Virus record (IMG/VR): IMGVR_UViG_2917393062_000001
Span: 1 to 4,710 of that record
Reading direction: 5' to 3' (one strand)
Length of the DNA stretch: 4,710 nt
From: a virus
Lineage: Duplodnaviria > Heunggongvirae > Uroviricota > Caudoviricetes
How positions within the stretch are numbered: the first letter of the stretch is position 1; each line of letters begins with the position of its first letter. The position numbers and the translations under genes were made by a program. The notes under the pieces were generated by a model, which was not told where the DNA came from, did no database searches, and worked only from the letters and a program-made list of their open reading frames with translations. Positions 4,450 to 4,710 of this stretch are shown one piece after another.

Positions 4450-4469
4450 GTGTTTTTGATGAGAAAACT
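4426..4469. promoter_or_regulatory. Perfect 11-bp inverted repeat (agttttctcat at 4426-4436, atgagaaaact at 4459-4469; 22-bp spacer) bracketing the -35 element; candidate repressor operator
   Basis: Arms are exact reverse complements and sit on either side of, and partly within, the predicted promoter immediately downstream of the DicA-like repressor gene. Confidence 0.45.
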
Positions 4470-4477
4470 CAATGTTT

Positions 4478-4516
4478 AATGCAAAACAAAGCCAATACAT
4501 TGAAATGTAAGGCTTT
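4478..4516 (-). terminator. Candidate intrinsic terminator after the DicA-like gene: composite hairpin (aaagcc/ggcttt outer stem, tacatt/aatgta inner stem) followed on the minus strand by GTTTTG
   Basis: Plus 4488-4516 is aaagcc-aa-tacatt-ga-aatgta-a-ggcttt. On the minus strand the hairpin is followed by ggcTTTGTTTTGc (U-rich), about 20 nt after the repressor stop codon. AT-rich stem, so strength is uncertain. Confidence 0.35.
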
Positions 4517-4536
4517 AAAATTTGTGAAGGAGTGGG

Positions 4537-4710
4537 TTATTGATGTTTGTTACGTTTGCGAGCTTCTAGTAGCTCGGTAAATAGGCGATTAAAATTCTCA
4601 ACACGGGCACGGAGTTCGCTGATTTGTGCTTGCTGCTCTGATTTTGGAAGTGCGCGATACAATCGCAACATCTCCAACTCATCTTCCGATAAGTCTAAGG
4701 AGCTGTTGAG
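4537..4710 (-). CDS. dicA: DicA-like prophage repressor, C-terminal 57 codons (gene starts beyond the right edge of the window)
   Basis: Minus-strand translation runs open from the window edge to TAA at 4539-4537: LNSSLDLSEDELEMLRLYRALPKSEQQAQISELRARVENFNRLFTELLEARKRNKHQ. This matches, from memory, the C-terminal dimerisation tail of E. coli DicA (..LSPKELELLELFNALPESEQDTQLAEMRARVKNFNKLFEELLKARQR..). The gene is missed by the ORF track because it is partial. Confidence 0.65.
   Translation of the reverse strand, partial: LNSSLDLSEDELEMLRLYRALPKSEQQAQISELRARVENFNRLFTELLEARKRNKHQ

Noticed and set aside
1-4710. CRISPR array, tRNA/rRNA genes, IS elements or integrase
   Set aside because: No regularly spaced repeat-spacer array, no tRNA-like cloverleaf region, and no transposase- or integrase-like ORF were seen. 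The only repeats are the short regulatory inverted/direct repeats listed.

Overview
This 4.7-kb window looks like the early-left (immunity-to-recombination) region of a lambdoid, Rac/Qin-type prophage in an enterobacterial genome. Nearly all coding is on the minus strand, read right to left: the 3' end of a DicA-like repressor gene (4537-4710), a promoter/operator, two tiny genes (51 and 40 aa), two translationally coupled small genes (62 and 63 aa), and a large 828-aa RecE-related exonuclease gene (104-2590) whose catalytic module is a DnaQ-like DEDDh 3'-5' exonuclease. The only plus-strand gene (about 3514-3945) interrupts this leftward array: it is AT-richer, convergently oriented, and encodes a ~143-aa coiled-coil plus zinc-ribbon protein with its own TATAAT promoter bracketed by direct repeats. 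It sits where lambdoid phages carry exclusion genes (sieB/ral class) and is my top candidate for an undescribed accessory (defence/exclusion) function. The ~430-bp non-coding stretch between it and the leftward operon is unusually dense in inverted and direct repeats. No rRNA, tRNA, CRISPR array or transposase was seen. All homology statements come from memory of protein families and motif reading, not from any database search.
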